A DNA stretch of 64,000 nt from the human T2T-CHM13v2.0 reference genome, Homo sapiens: NCBI RefSeq assembly GCF_009914755.1, contig NC_060934.1, one strand, 5' to 3'. A program made the position numbers and the translations under genes. The notes under the pieces are model-generated. The model searched no databases. It was not told where the DNA came from and worked only from the letters and a program-made list of their open reading frames with translations. Of this stretch, positions 1-14,548 are shown in pieces (position 1 is the stretch's first letter; each line of letters opens with the position of its first letter).

Positions 1-154
1 TTACAGGCACATGCCACCATGCCTGTCTAATTTATTTGTATTTTTAGTAGAGACAGGGTTTCACTATGTTGTCCAGGCTGGTCTCCAACTCCTGGTCTCA
101 TGCGATTCGGCCTCCCAAAGTGCTGTGATTACAGGCGTGAGCCACCGTGCCTGG
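1..154 (-). mobile_element. Alu (cut by the window edge)
   Basis: Reverse-complement Alu left arm. Confidence 0.9.
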
Positions 155-156
155 TG

Positions 157-158
<2 letters not shown>

Positions 159-196
<38 letters not shown>
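159..196. repeat. (CA)n microsatellite
   Basis: Direct reading. Confidence 0.95.
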
Positions 197-198
<2 letters not shown>

Positions 199-951
199 TT
201 TTTAGATCTCAGGCAGCAAGTAAACATGTATATCTTGATTTCTTTTTGAGGTGGTTTTGTTATAAAGTGACGGTAGTAGGAGCCTGTCTTGTTTATTGTT
301 GATTAGATTGCTGATAAAAAATAGCAGAGTTAGTTTAATTAGCAGTTTTAGTAATAAGCACCATGAAAGTTTATTTAAGCTTTTTAAGTCATCAACTAAG
401 GATTCTTAGGCAGGGCTCATTATAAATTGTGAAGAGGGAAGCCTCACTATTAATGGTCTTCTGTTCTGCCATTTCATGCATATTATCTTGTATAAAAAGC
501 GCTTACTATATGATCGTATTTATTTTAAGATATGCCCTATCATGTTATTTGAAGGACAGTTATTAAATATGTTATGGTGTTGAATGAATATAGTGCTGAT
601 GACTACACGTATAGATCTTTTATTGCTCTGGGAATGAATGAAATTTTGTATTTTAAGAATTTTTTGTGGTGGTTGAGTGGATGCTAGATTAAAAAACACG
701 TTTAGTCAAACTTGTTTAGCTTTAATATTTAGAAGTATGTAAATACTATTTGGATTTTACTTTTCGCATATATAAGTTTAATATAACTTGAGTTTTTGCT
801 GTCAAGCTTGAATCTGTTTTTACATTTTGTTTTTAATAACTGAGATTTACTGGTCATCTACAAAGTAAGCACACTAAATGAAGGAAACATACTGTAAGTT
901 TATTATTAGACATGCTTGCTTGGCTTGGGAATATTTGGGAAAGGACTTTAA

Positions 952-1354
<403 letters not shown>

Positions 1355-1470
1355 CCTCTTTTAAAATTTTTATGTTCAGTAGAGTTGTCTTGAAAATATG
1401 CCTAGCATGTTTTTAGTGTTGCATTGAAAGGTAACGCTCATAATCAAGTCAGACATTAGTATTTTTAAAA

Positions 1471-1679
1471 CAGACAGTTCCCAATTTGAAATGGTTTGAA
1501 TTACGATTTTTAGACTGTACACTGGTATGAAAACTATGCATTTATTGTGCTTCTAGATTTACCATGGAGTTATGTCAGGATAAACTTTTCGTAAGTTGAA
1601 AATATTGTAAGTTGAAAGCACATTTTTAACAGGATATTTTCAGCTTATGATGGGGTTATTGTAAGGTGAGGAGCATCTG
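1471..1679. mobile_element. Tigger-family MITE (MER47-like)
   Basis: cag...gaggagcatctg|ta end; ttatgatggggtta and cgtaagttgaaaatattgtaagttgaaa motifs. Confidence 0.6.
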
Positions 1680-1811
1680 TATTGTATATTATGAGCTAAA
1701 TTTTGGTGATACTGTTCATAAGATATACATTGAACCACTTTCTTTCTGAATTCTTTTATCTGCCTTCATTCTGGCACATATTTTTCTTTTTTTTTAAATT
1801 TACAATTTTAA

Positions 1812-2670
<859 letters not shown>

Positions 2671-3250
2671 CAAGAATTTAATTTTTTAAAAGTAGGTGAG
2701 CGAGGTGTGCCTGTTGTGTTGAACCGACCTCCGCCCCCCCCACCCCGCCCCCGCCCCCAATCCCACTGGCGCCACGAGGGAGATGGCAGGGGCAGGGAGG
2801 TCTACTGGGATTCCACACCCCTGCCTCCCATGCACTGCCCATGGGCGTAAAGGAGAGACGAGGGGCCCGTGGGGTGAAAGAGAAGACCAGTTTCATTTCC
2901 CATGAATGTGGGTCCCTCTTCTGTCGTGACTCAGGCCTGGTCCACCGCATTGATCCTGGCATCTGTTTCTCTTTGTGTATTTAAAAATACTATTTATCGA
3001 AGTATAAATAAGTGATATTGTTATTTTATATTTAATATTAAATACTGTGGTATCCAAATTATTTAAAAATGAAATAACTTAATTTACAACTTCATATGGT
3101 TTTAGGAAAAATTTAAAAATATATAGCCTTTGCTTTTCAGAGAAGCTCTGTGTGATTCAAGCTGTATTAGCACTGGTTAGGTACTAACTGTAGTGCGAGC
3201 AAGGAGAGAAGAAAAGTTAATGGTGAAATATGGCTTCGAATAAGGGATAG

Positions 3251-3590
3251 TTTGTTTTTTCTTGTTTCTTTTGTTTTTCCTTTTTTTTTTTTTTTTTTTT
3301 TGAGATGAAGTATCGCTCTGTTACGCAGGCTGGGGTGCAGTGGCACCACCATAGCTCACTGCAGCCTTGATCTCCGTGGCTCAAGGGATCCTCCTCCCTC
3401 AGCCTCCTGAGTAGCTGGGACTACCAGCGTATGCCACTATGCCGGCCAATTTTTTTTTTTTTTTTTTTAAATTTGTAGAGACGAGGTCTCCCTATGTTGC
3501 CTAGGCTGGTCTCTAACACCTGCGTAGAAGCAATTCTGCCTTGGCCTCCCAAAGTGCTGGGATTACAGGCGTTAGCCACCACCCAGGCTG
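3251..3590 (-). mobile_element. AluJ-like
   Basis: atagctcactgcagccttga; ctcaagggatcctcc. Confidence 0.88.
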
Positions 3591-3776
3591 ATTAAAGGAT
3601 GTTTCTGCAAAAATTGAAAATTTGGTATATATTTTAAAAGGAACCAGAGCATATATTTAAAATCAATTAAAGCTGTGCCTATCAGGATTAAATTCAGTCA
3701 CTAAGAGTTCAAATTGTGAATTATTATTTTTGTAGAATGCCTTCTAATATTTGTTATGCCTGTTAATGTTAGTTAA

Positions 3777-4701
3777 TGTTGATTAGTAAAAGGAAAGCAT
3801 GCTGCTGTTCTATAAGTTCACTTTTGGCAACAAACGTGTGGGTTATTTTCTACACCAATTAATCACCCAATTCTCTGTGGACACCAAGTGGGTATCCTAC
3901 AATTCAGTTCTGATATTACCCAGAGTTAGTGCAGATCCCATAGATACTGGGTCCCACGAGACTGCCCCCACTTCAGAGGCCAGTTGCAAGTCCCAGATTG
4001 TCACCTGTACTTTTCACCAACTGGTTATAAATTGGGGGTTCCACACAACCTTCTCCTTAGATTAGGTAATTTGCTAGAATAGCTCACAGAACTCCAGAAC
4101 ACTATTTTTTATTACTTATGTATTGTGAAGGATACAGCTCAGGAACAGCTGGATGGAAGAGACACATAGGACAAGTTATGGGGAGGTAGGTAGAGCTTCC
4201 ATGCCCTCTCCAGGTGCTCCACCCACACAGCATCGGTTGTGTTCACTGATCAGGAAGCTCTTAGAACTTCATTGTTAAGATTTTTTCTGGAGGTTTCCCA
4301 TTATGTAGGCACAATTTATTAAATCGTTGGTCATTGGTGATTGAATTCAACCTCCAGCCCTTCACCCCTCAACAGAGGTACCGGGGTAGGACTTAAGGTT
4401 CCAAATCTCTGATCACATGGTTGGTTCCTCTGGTGATCAGCGTCTATCCTCCAAGATTTACCTTATTAGTGTAAACTCAAGTATGGTTGAAAGGGGCTTA
4501 TTATGAGCACTAGGGGAATTCAAAGAGTTTTACAAGCTCTGTGCCAGGAATCTGAGAATAAGACCAAATATTATAACAAAAAATGCTCTTATCACCCCAT
4601 CACTCAGGACATCAAAGGATTTTTAGAAGTTCTGTGCCAGAAACTGGGGGCAGAGATCAAATATACACACAAAGACACACACACTTATTATATATGTCAC
4701 A
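3777..4701 (-). mobile_element. MER21-family LTR (MER21C-like)
   Basis: gactgcccccacttcag, ggggttccacacaacc, tgtgccaggaa..agaccaaata motifs; ends tgtcaca. Confidence 0.7.
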
Positions 4702-5048
4702 ACTGTAAAATAGAGTTTTATTTTCCTTCAGTAACACAAGTGATACATAGAATGAACAGTTGATTTGACTAGTCAGAATCACTAGGAATAATCTTTAATA
4801 AGGAAGTCATTGCTGTCAAAGGACTCTATTTGTTTTTTTCTAACTCTTTTTATACTTGTTAGAAAGTTTTAAAAGCACCAACCTCACTTCTATCCCACTC
4901 AATCTGAAAACTTTTAAAAAGCCCTCTAAGAATTGTGAAGCTGTGTTTTCACAGAGAGTTTAAATGACTTGTTCGAAGGTCAGTGATTTGCAGTAACTGA
5001 TAGTGGTTAGAAGAAAATGGAGTTATGTTGACTTTTAATCTATGGTTC

Positions 5049-7506
5049 TTTTTTTTTAATAGATTTTTTTAGTTTTATTGAAATCTTACATGAACAGGAA
5101 ATTGGAAATACAATCACATCAAAGAACAAATTGTCATGGCTTTTGACGTTTAAGCCAAACAAATTTTGTAGGGCAGATTTCAAAATGGTGTGAAGTTATA
5201 ACAATTTAAAAACACAGTTAACCTACTTCTAAAAATGCAAAACATACGATCATAGGTTATTTTCAGTATAAGAAAACTTAAATGTGTTTGCTTTAATTTC
5301 TTAAAACTACTAAGACATAGCACTAGCTTGTATTTTTATTTACAGCATACTCCATACTCCTATGTAATCTATCCTAGATCCAAAAAAATGAAATTCTTCA
5401 AAACCACAGGTTCTGCAAAATCATGACTTAACAGTGTGTTCAGCTTGTTTTGAAGCTAAAATGAAGCCCGAAATGATAAAAACATAACTCCCAGAATAAG
5501 GGAACTCTGTAAGCCCAATAATGTCCAAGAGCATTTATGAAAAGAGGAAAAATAAAAAGGCCTGAGTATATATACACAATAGTGATTTCTTCAGCCCAAT
5601 ACAAATGGCAGCAAATTGCTACTTAAAGATGAAACAGTTAAACAAAATTTTTTTTGAAGAATGTAGATCTAGAGCCAGTCGTATCTTGCCATTATCATTT
5701 TCAAGCCCTTACTTGTCTGCTTCCACTGTTGCCCATAAGTATCCTGATAAAATTCCTGGTTGTCATTATTGTAACCATAGTTACCAGAATAGTCACCACC
5801 TTGCTGAAGCGGCTGCTGAGCGATGGGTTGAGAGACCCAGTTCTGTTGTTTGTTGGTCTGACGATGCTTGGAATCAGGTTGGTTGTAAGCATCTGCCTTC
5901 TCTTGCGTCCTACATTGTCCCCTGATTGCCCTGAGATCCACGGGAACCACGGCCACGGCCTCTCTGCTGTTGTGCAGGACCCCCTCTGCCACCCCTACAG
6001 CCTCGTGGTGGTCCCAAAGGTGCCCCCTTTTGTGAATAGCCAGCTCTACCTCTTGGAGGTGGTGCTCCCCTCCCCCTTGGTGGTGGTGAAGCACCCTGCC
6101 CTCCCCTTCCTCCTCTTCCTCTTACTGCATAGCCACCATCATAGCCATAGTAGGGAATCTTCGTAACCTCCTTGATAGATGTGGTAATCATAACTGTAGT
6201 AATCTTCATGCCATAGTAATCTGGAGGTTAGCCATATCCACCTCTCCCCCAACCTCTAATCGGAAGCGGCATGCGAGGAGGAGGGTGTAGTGATAATCTT
6301 CATATGCAGTGCTTCTGGAGGCCTGTCTAGCAGCTTGGCGCTCTTTCCTTTTCTTGTCTGGTGCCTTGGCTAAGACTATTTCAAGTTCTTCCCCTTCTGT
6401 TTCTTTGCCATTCATTTCATCCATAGCCATAACAGCTGCTCGTCTGTCTTCAGAATGAACAAATGCATAATCTTTCAACTTATTTACTCTTTGGAGTTCT
6501 CCAAATTCAGAAAATGACTTTTCCAATATTTCGTCTGTGCCCAAGTTTCTCACAAAGAATACTTTTACCTTAGCCATGACTTCTGGATATGGTTCTTCAC
6601 AGGGTCAGCCCATTCAACTGTAACTACATTTCCCCATACTTTTACTTTTCCAGCATCTGGCTTGTACTGCTGACTTGTGATCCTCACATTTAAGGAAGCA
6701 GAACCCCCATTTCTTCTTTTTGTCATCAGGTTGATCATAGAGAATGACGTCCACCAAACCCTCTGTGACTTTACTGAATTCTTCCAGAGTGTTTTCTTTA
6801 GTCTTATTCTTCAGAATGGATCCAACAAAAGTCTGTTGTTTGCCACAGAAATGCGCACTCCATGTTGTTTACCAGGGCGAATTTCATAGCTGTCACAGTT
6901 TCACAGCTTCCTGTGCAGCTTCCTTTCCACAGAAAGTGGTAAATGCCTACCCTCTATTCTGACCAGACAGTGGATCTATGATAAGACGTAGATCCCAAAT
7001 GGGACTGGCCTTCTCAAAAAGGGGCACCAACTCATCCTCATATACATCTCTTGGTATTTTACCTACAAACACCTCTGTTCCAATTCTAGGTTGCACACCA
7101 GAGTACACACTGTTTGGTGGAGGCCCACCATACTTCCTCTGTCCTGTGGTTACATTCAGAGTATAATCATTTCTCTCAAGCAAGGCCTTGATCTTCACTT
7201 CATCAGGTCCCTTTGTGGACTCTTGCACCTAGCTCCCCTGTTTCTCTCTCTGCCTGTAGGTCTTCATAACTCCACATAAAAATGCACTTTTGTTCTGAAC
7301 ATGTGATAAGTCACTTTCCTTGAACTGCTGTAGTACAGACAGAGCTCCTTCTTTATTAAATTCCCTGAGAGCATCAATTGCTCTTTCATCAAGATCGATA
7401 CAAGCTATCAATCCAGGGCAGAGCAGGGGCTGGTGGCTGGGCCCGTGAGAACCAGTGCAAGGCATTTTGAAAATGACTAGAAATCTCGCACGCGTGCCAC
7501 CCCCCA
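5049..7506 (-). pseudogene. HNRNPRP1: Processed pseudogene of HNRNPR (hnRNP R), antisense to MLLT10
   Basis: Minus-strand ORF fragments give DERAIDALREF, RRM1-3 pieces, the RGG box and the QDTYGQQWK end. Intronless, with frameshifts and an in-frame TAG at 7229-7231. AATAAA at 5074-5079 (- strand), A-tail remnant at 5049-5057, and an imperfect TSD aatctatggttctt (5037-5050) / agtctatgattctt (7507-7520). The symbol is recalled. Confidence 0.93.
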
Positions 7507-7520
7507 AGTCTATGATTCTT

Positions 7521-7775
7521 ATGTTTACATGGCAAAGAAGCTGAAGGGGAAGCAGGTACGTGTGCAGAACGGGAGACCAAACATGAGAGGCAGCCTTCTA
7601 ATCTATTCCTGCAAGAATCAACCCAGCCTCATGAAAGCTGCATTAATACATTCATGAGGGTAGTAGTCCCGTAACCCAAACGCCTTTTAATGGCCCCATC
7701 AGCTCTCAATAGTGTCACATTGGCAAATTTCAACATGAGTTTTGGCAGGAACACACCACACTTAAACCATAGAAT
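7521..7775 (-). mobile_element. MaLR LTR fragment (MST/MLT1A-like)
   Basis: cattaatacattcatgaggg..ttcaacatgagttttgg..aaaccatag motifs. Confidence 0.6.
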
Positions 7776-9367
7776 AGGATTACTCACCTCTTTGAAGAGA
7801 GCTAGACTACTTTCTTCAGTGGCCCTCAAAGGAATAAAACTCTCAGTCATATCATTGGAATGACTTCTCTTTGTCTTTGTAAAAGTTTTCTAGCATTGAG
7901 AGTTACCTGGTACCTGCCCTTTTTGTGTACTTTCCTTTTGGAATTTTGTGCTCAAGTTGAACCTTTCAGCATCTGTATATGTGAAGAGTTAAGAGAGGAC
8001 AGGTCTTTTCAGGAACATCAGTTTAGAATGTGAGGGTGTGTTGGGTGAGACTGAAGAGTATGGTAACATGAGACTAGCTAAGAAGAGGCTAGTTTATGAA
8101 GAATTTATAAGCAGTTAGAGTTTTAGACTTCGTCCTTGGGCATTGAGCCAGGCAGCCAGTAGGATTAATTTTTTTTTTTAAACTTTTGGTTTTTTCAATA
8201 GTTTCAAACTTAAAGTTGCAAAAATACTACAAATAATAATGCTGTACTACTCACTCATTCCAAAAATGTTAACATTTTACCATATTAATGTTACCATGTC
8301 CTTCGCTCTACCCTCCTTTGCTATCTCTCTCACTCTCTTTCTCCTCTACTCTCTGTAGAATCTTTCTGAACCATTGCAGGGTAAATTACAAATAACAATG
8401 CCTCTTTAGCCCAAGTACTAAAGTGTATAGTTTTAATTAAAAGGGGAATTTCCTAAACAATTACAGTACAGTGATCAAAATCAATAAATTAATATTGTTA
8501 CAGATTATTATCTAATCTACAGATCATATTCAAATTGCAGCCACTGATGTCATCTACACCAAAGGGGGAAACATTTTTCTCTTCCATGTCCAGGATCCAA
8601 TCCAAGATCACAAGTTGCATTTAGCTGTCATGTCTATTCAGTATTTCCCAGTTTGGAATATGTCCTCATTCATTGTCTTTTGTGACCTTGACATCTCTTA
8701 AAGTCCTATTTCAGGTTATCTGAGGTATTGCCTTCTGTCTTTCTTAGGTCTTAAAAAAGGGGTTTGTAGCCATACTCTTTTTTAAATCTTCATACAGCTG
8801 TTTTCTAACAGTGGCCTAGATTTTATCTTTCTCTGGGAGCCATTCTTTGATTTGAGCATTGTTTGCTATCTGCAGAGACTGGAAATTTTTAAAACCAGCA
8901 AGTCTTGGCTCTTTTTTTTTGGTCAATAGTCTTTTCATTAACTTATTTCTGTACTCCTGCTTTTTACTATAAACAGTAAGAAATAATTAGACTGCATCTT
9001 CCACCGAATACCTAGAAATCTCCTTGTTAAATTATGCAACTCATTAAATACATTTTCTATTTTTCATGTTACCACAGGCAAGGTTGTGCCTAAACTTTCA
9101 GTTACTAATTATGAAGTATTCAGCTTCTTCCAATTTTCAGTTACCTTTTTCTCACTTTGGTTTAAGCCTTTAGTAGCAGCCTGCTAAGGGCCATGAGGTT
9201 TCTAGTGACAATCTCTTCATTGCTCATCAAGCTTTTGCTGATATTCTCCTGCAAGTCCTGTCAGCTTCTGCCTACTACCTGATTCCAAGCAGCGCCTGCA
9301 TTTTCAGGTTTTATTGTATGGGAACATCCGTCTCCTGGTAACAGATAACCAGGAGTAATCTGTAAAT

Positions 9368-10620
9368 CTGTGTTAGTTAACTATTGTAGTATAGCAATTT
9401 ACCCTGAAATATATTGGCTTAAAACTGCAATAAACATTTATAGTCTCACAGCTTCAGTGGGTCAGGAATTTGGATTTAGTGTCTATTATCAGATTGCCTT
9501 CATGTTGTCTTTGATTATAGTCATTTAAAGGCCAGACTAAAGCTGAAGGATGCTCTCTCTTTTTTTTTTTTTTTTTTTTTTGAGACGGAGTCTAGCTCTG
9601 TCACCCAGGCTGGAGTACAGGTGTGCAATCTTGGCTCAGACTCACTACAATCTCCACCTCCCAGGTTCAAGCAGTTCTCCCGCCTCAGCCTCCCGAGTAG
9701 CTGGGATTACGGGCTTTTGCCACGACGCCCAGCTAATTTTTGTATTTTTAGTAGAGATGGGGTTTTGCCATGTCGGTCAGGCTGGTTTCAACTCCTGACC
9801 TCAGGTGATCTGCCTGCCTTGGCCTCCCAAAGTGCTGGGATTACAGGCATGAACCACTGTGCCCTGCCTTTTTTTTTTTTTTTTTTTTTTTTGACACAGA
9901 GTCTCGCTCTGTCTCCCAGGCTGGAGTGCGGTGACATGATCTTGGCTCACTGTAACCTCTGCTCCCAAGTTCACAAGTTCAAGCGATTGCCTCAGCCTCC
10001 GCATTAGCTGGGACTACAGGTGTGTGCCACCATGCCCGGCTAAGTTTTGTATTTTTAGTGGAGACGGGGTTTCACCATGTTGGCCAGGCTGGTCTTGAAC
10101 TTGTGACCTCAGGTGATTGCCCACCTTGGCCTCCCAAAGTGCTGGGATTACAGGAGCTGCCACACCCAGCCGCTGGAGGATATTCTCTAAGATGACTTAC
10201 TCACATGGTTGACAGTTTGGTGGCTGCCTTTTTTTTTTTGCTGCATGAATTTTTTCTTAGGGCCTTTTGAGTGCCATGTGACATGGCACCTAGCTTTTCC
10301 CATACGGACTGCTCTAAGAGCAACCCAAAAGCTGCCATGTTTTTTATAGCCTGGCCTCGGAAGTCACACGGTATCATTTTCTTTTTCTGACTAAATGTCT
10401 TATTTATTTTTTTAATTTATTTGTCTTTTTATTTGTTTTATTTGTTTTTAAGGTTTTTTTGAGGTAAGAATAGATAACATAACATTTGCCATTTTAACCA
10501 CTTTGATGGCATATTGTTATTTTTACTCTCTATTGGATGCATAGGTAAGCCTGTTCAGTACGGGTAGGCACTGCACAGGTACAAAGATCATTGGGGGCAT
10601 GGAGGCTTTCTACCACACCT
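9368..10620 (-). mobile_element. MLT1-family LTR split by two Alus, with MaLR-internal-like sequence to its left (about 8750-9340)
   Basis: ggcttaaaac..tctcacagcttcagtgggtcaggaatttgg; cctcggaagtcacac; ctaccaca end. Confidence 0.5.
9560..10171 (-). mobile_element. Two tandem AluS elements (9560-9868, 9869-10171)
   Basis: Two dimers with T-tails. Confidence 0.9.
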
Positions 10621-10952
10621 TGAGATTTAGGCACATATCCTGTTTCTTATTAAATTTTCACCCACAAGTTTTAGCATTCACTGATGAGTCTAGCCTGAAA
10701 TAAATAATAGTTGACAAAAGGTAATTTTCTAATTGTATCATTGTCAATAGTGGGGAAGGGTGGAGTCTACAGAGGAAATAAAAGAGTAGGTTGAGTAGTA
10801 GAAGGATAAATGTTATGTTCTTTGGATTTAGCACCAAGGAAGTCATTGAAGAGGAGTTTCAATGTAGAGTTTCAATATATTTATTGGTAGATAAAGTGGG
10901 TGTGAGGAAGTACAGGTAGTGAGAGTACTTAACTCTTAAGAATCTCAGATTT

Positions 10953-11110
10953 GCTGGGCTTGCGTGTATAGTCCCAGCTGCTGGAGCGCTGATGTGGGAG
11001 TATCTCTTGAGATCAGGAGTTAAAGGCTGCAGTGAGCTATGATCATGCCATTGCATTCTAGCCTTGACAACAGAATGAGACCTCATCTCTTAAAACAAAA
11101 AATTAAAAAA
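10953..11110 (+). mobile_element. FLAM/Alu monomer with a clear TSD (aagaatctcagattt)
   Basis: TSD at about 10938 and 11109. Confidence 0.85.
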
Positions 11111-11558
11111 GAATCTCAGATTTGAAGACAAAAGGGAGGAGGCAGGAAAAATGATACTATGTCTTCTTCTGTTTTGGTGGGGAAGAAAGAAGAGAAGCAT
11201 GTAGGTGAATAACTAGGTCACCTGGGTAGTAGAGCAAAGAAACTAGATGTGGGTTGAACCCTATCAGAGATATTGCTAGGCAGATTGGGTATACAAATAA
11301 GGAGGCCAAGTGCGTTATTTTCAAAAGTGTTTAAAATAATGGATCATGAGATTGAGGTGGGATAATAGATGTAGTGGAACTAGGGAAGGGCTGGAACATA
11401 GAGTTACAGGAGATATTGGAGCATGGGCCTAGAGGGCTCAGTAAGGTTCAAGAATAAGTATAGTAAGAGTGTGAATTAACTGCAAGGTTATGAAGAAAGA
11501 GTAGATCATTGTGGTTTAATATTTCATTGGGATATGTTGGGTGATGGCAGCTTCCAGG

Positions 11559-11946
11559 TGTTGGAAGACAGTTCTCCATGGTTCTCACATTTATACACAT
11601 CTTGTGAGTGGCAGCCCTGACTGCCTTTGTTCTTTTCAAGGTTGTTTATGTTGTTTATATAGCAAGCAAACAGCCTTGGAAAACAGAGGCACTATCATTC
11701 AAATTTCTCCTGTAATTCAGTCCACTGTGTGTATAAATGTCATCTTGCCCCAGGTCACCCTGTCAGAATGGGGAACTTAGGCAAATGCTAACAGTCTGGC
11801 TTTTGCTATTGCCACGAGTATTAAAGTCCTCTGTGTCCAATGCAGGAGTCTTGTGTCATCTTCTACCAGCATCTATGAAACTGTGGTGAACTAACTTGTC
11901 ACTTTACAAGTACAGTAAGATCTTAGACTCTTTGTAGTTTTTGACA
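11559..11946 (+). mobile_element. Solo ERVL-type LTR (MER54/MER74-like)
   Basis: TGTTGGAAGACAGTTCTCCATGG start, attaaagtcc polyA-like region, ...TTTGACA end. Confidence 0.6.
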
Positions 11947-12156
11947 CCAAGATGTGGTTTTAGGCATACTGAAGGAGAGTCTGAATGAAAGCCATTGAAA
12001 TTGAGAATATTTGAGGACTGTGCGAGTTGTTCATACAGTTGGCCTTAACTCGCTAGCACACCCACCCACTCTTGTGGTCCAGGGATGTTGGGATACTGTG
12101 GTTCAAGGTCTTACCAAGATCACATGTAGCAGGAAAGAGTTGCCTAAAGAAAAGTA

Positions 12157-12525
<369 letters not shown>

Positions 12526-12605
12526 TTAAGATGAACTATGTCTGACTACGAAGTCCCTGGAATTTTTTTTTTTTTTAAATACATCTTTCTGCCTTTACTG
12601 GAGGC

Positions 12606-12990
12606 TGTATTAGTCCATTCTCACACTGCTATAAATGAGAATGAGTAATTTAGTAGGAAGAAAAGAGATTTAGTTGACCCACAGTTCTGCAGGCTGTACA
12701 GGAAGCATGGCTGGGAGGCCTCAGGAAACTTACAATCATGTCAGAAGGCGACGAGGAAATAAACACATCTTTACCATGGTGGAGCAGGAGAGAGAAAATG
12801 AAGAGGGAAAGTTTGAAACTGCTACATACTTTCAAACAACCAGATCTGGTGAGAACTCTTATCAGGAGAACAGCAAGGGGGAAGTCTGCCCCCATGATTC
12901 AGTCACCCCACCATCAGGTTCCCCCCCCAACACTTGCAGATTACAGTTCAACATGAGATTTAGGTGAGGACACAGAGCCAAACGATATCA
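12606..12990 (-). mobile_element. MaLR solo LTR (MSTA/THE1D-like)
   Basis: tgtattagtccattctcacactgctataaa ... aaacgatatca; TSD gaggc/gaggt. Confidence 0.85.
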
Positions 12991-14548
12991 GAGGTAAGAA
13001 TCATATCCCCTTTGAAAGTTAGATAAATCTGTATTACAACTTGAAGAGTTTTTTTTTTGGTTTTTTTTTTTTTTGGTTTTAGTACAAATGGTGAAGTTTT
13101 CACATGTTCTCAAAAGAATGCTAATACAGAATATGCCTTATCAATCCTCTGTTCTGTTCCAGGAAGCTATTATTTAACTGAGTAGTATTTGGGAGAATAA
13201 ATTTTGAAGACCTGCTTGCTTAAATAAATAACTTGTTAAAAGAAGATAAAAAGTGAAAGTAGATGTGAATAGTCTTTTTGAAATTTAGCTTGAATTCAGA
13301 TGTTGAAGACAAACAGTAATATAGTGTGCATCAATTAATTGGCATGTCCATGAAATAGAATGTTATGGCTAACTGAATTGGCTGAGGATTAACTTTATTT
13401 AATAGAGTTATTTTTTGCAACTTGTAAGGTTGAGATTGCATGTAATGCAAAGACTCATGTTTAATTCATGTAGGTGTTTAGAATTTTATTCCAGCTATCT
13501 AATTATAGCATCATGGAGATGAAGTAATGATAGCCTATTGTTTTCCATTAATAATATAAATATTTATTAATGTATTTATCACCTGTGGCAAATGACCTAG
13601 TTTTCATTTCCATTTTTATAGATGAAGAATTAGGGACATGAAGGTTTAATTAGATTTGATAAATGTTTACAAAGCGTCTACTCAATTCGAGACACCATGC
13701 TCAATCCTTGGGAAAACAGAATTTAAAAATCTGGAGAGTCACAATCAATATTGAACAGTTTGTTTAAAGTTTTGTATTTGGGGGCATAACACCAGTAGAA
13801 TCCGGTTTATTTTTTAAAACTTTTCTGCTCCTTTCTATGGCCTCTCTTTTGTATTTTTTCAGAAATGTAGCTATAAGCAGTGAGAGTGTTATAGTAGATA
13901 GATCTGACTTATCTGAGAAGCCATTTAACTGTGGTATATAATCTAATCTCCTACTGATTGTAGGATGCACCTTCATTTTATGTGCCACTAAGAAAAAATC
14001 ATGCCAAGTAAACTATGACACAGCAGTATTATAATACATAACCTGATTTTAGAGATTTATTTAAATAAATAAATCTCTTAGGATCTATTAAACATGGCAT
14101 GTCAAAGAACTTAGAGTTCCTTTTAACTCTTTCAGGTGTTGCATATACAGTTAAAAGATGTGTATATGATTGTTCATCACTATGGTAGCTCATATTTAGA
14201 AACCATGTAAATTGCCCGTAACAGATGAATAAATTATGGCACATCTGTAAAAATGGGGCATTATGTTGTGTCTCAGTTTCTTCATCTGCATCAAGTTGAT
14301 TTTAGTGCTTACCTCATAGAGTTTTTAAAACTAAATTAGTTAGTACATGTAAAATGTCCTGGCACATATTAACTGAAAACCTGGTTGTTTAGACAGAAAA
14401 CACAGGAGCATCTTAGTTATTAACCAACATTATTATTGTAACACTTATGATTTAGAATCATGATTTAGAAGACTAATGAAGTGCAAAGATGTTTTTAATA
14501 TAAGTGAAAGATACATAGTGTATTCCCAGTTTTGGTTAGGAGATTTTT

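Noticed and set aside
2678-2962. 94-aa minus-strand ORF in the GC-rich island
   Set aside because: No recognisable homology; open frames are expected in GC-rich DNA. The segment is kept only as a non-coding finding.
5654-6166. 170-aa + strand ORF
   Set aside because: Antisense shadow of the HNRNPR pseudogene; non-ATG start and no recognisable protein.
5669-7507. Functional HNRNPR/SYNCRIP retrogene
   Set aside because: In-frame stop at 7229-7231 and several frameshifts. The leader, C-terminus and UTR fit HNRNPR rather than SYNCRIP.
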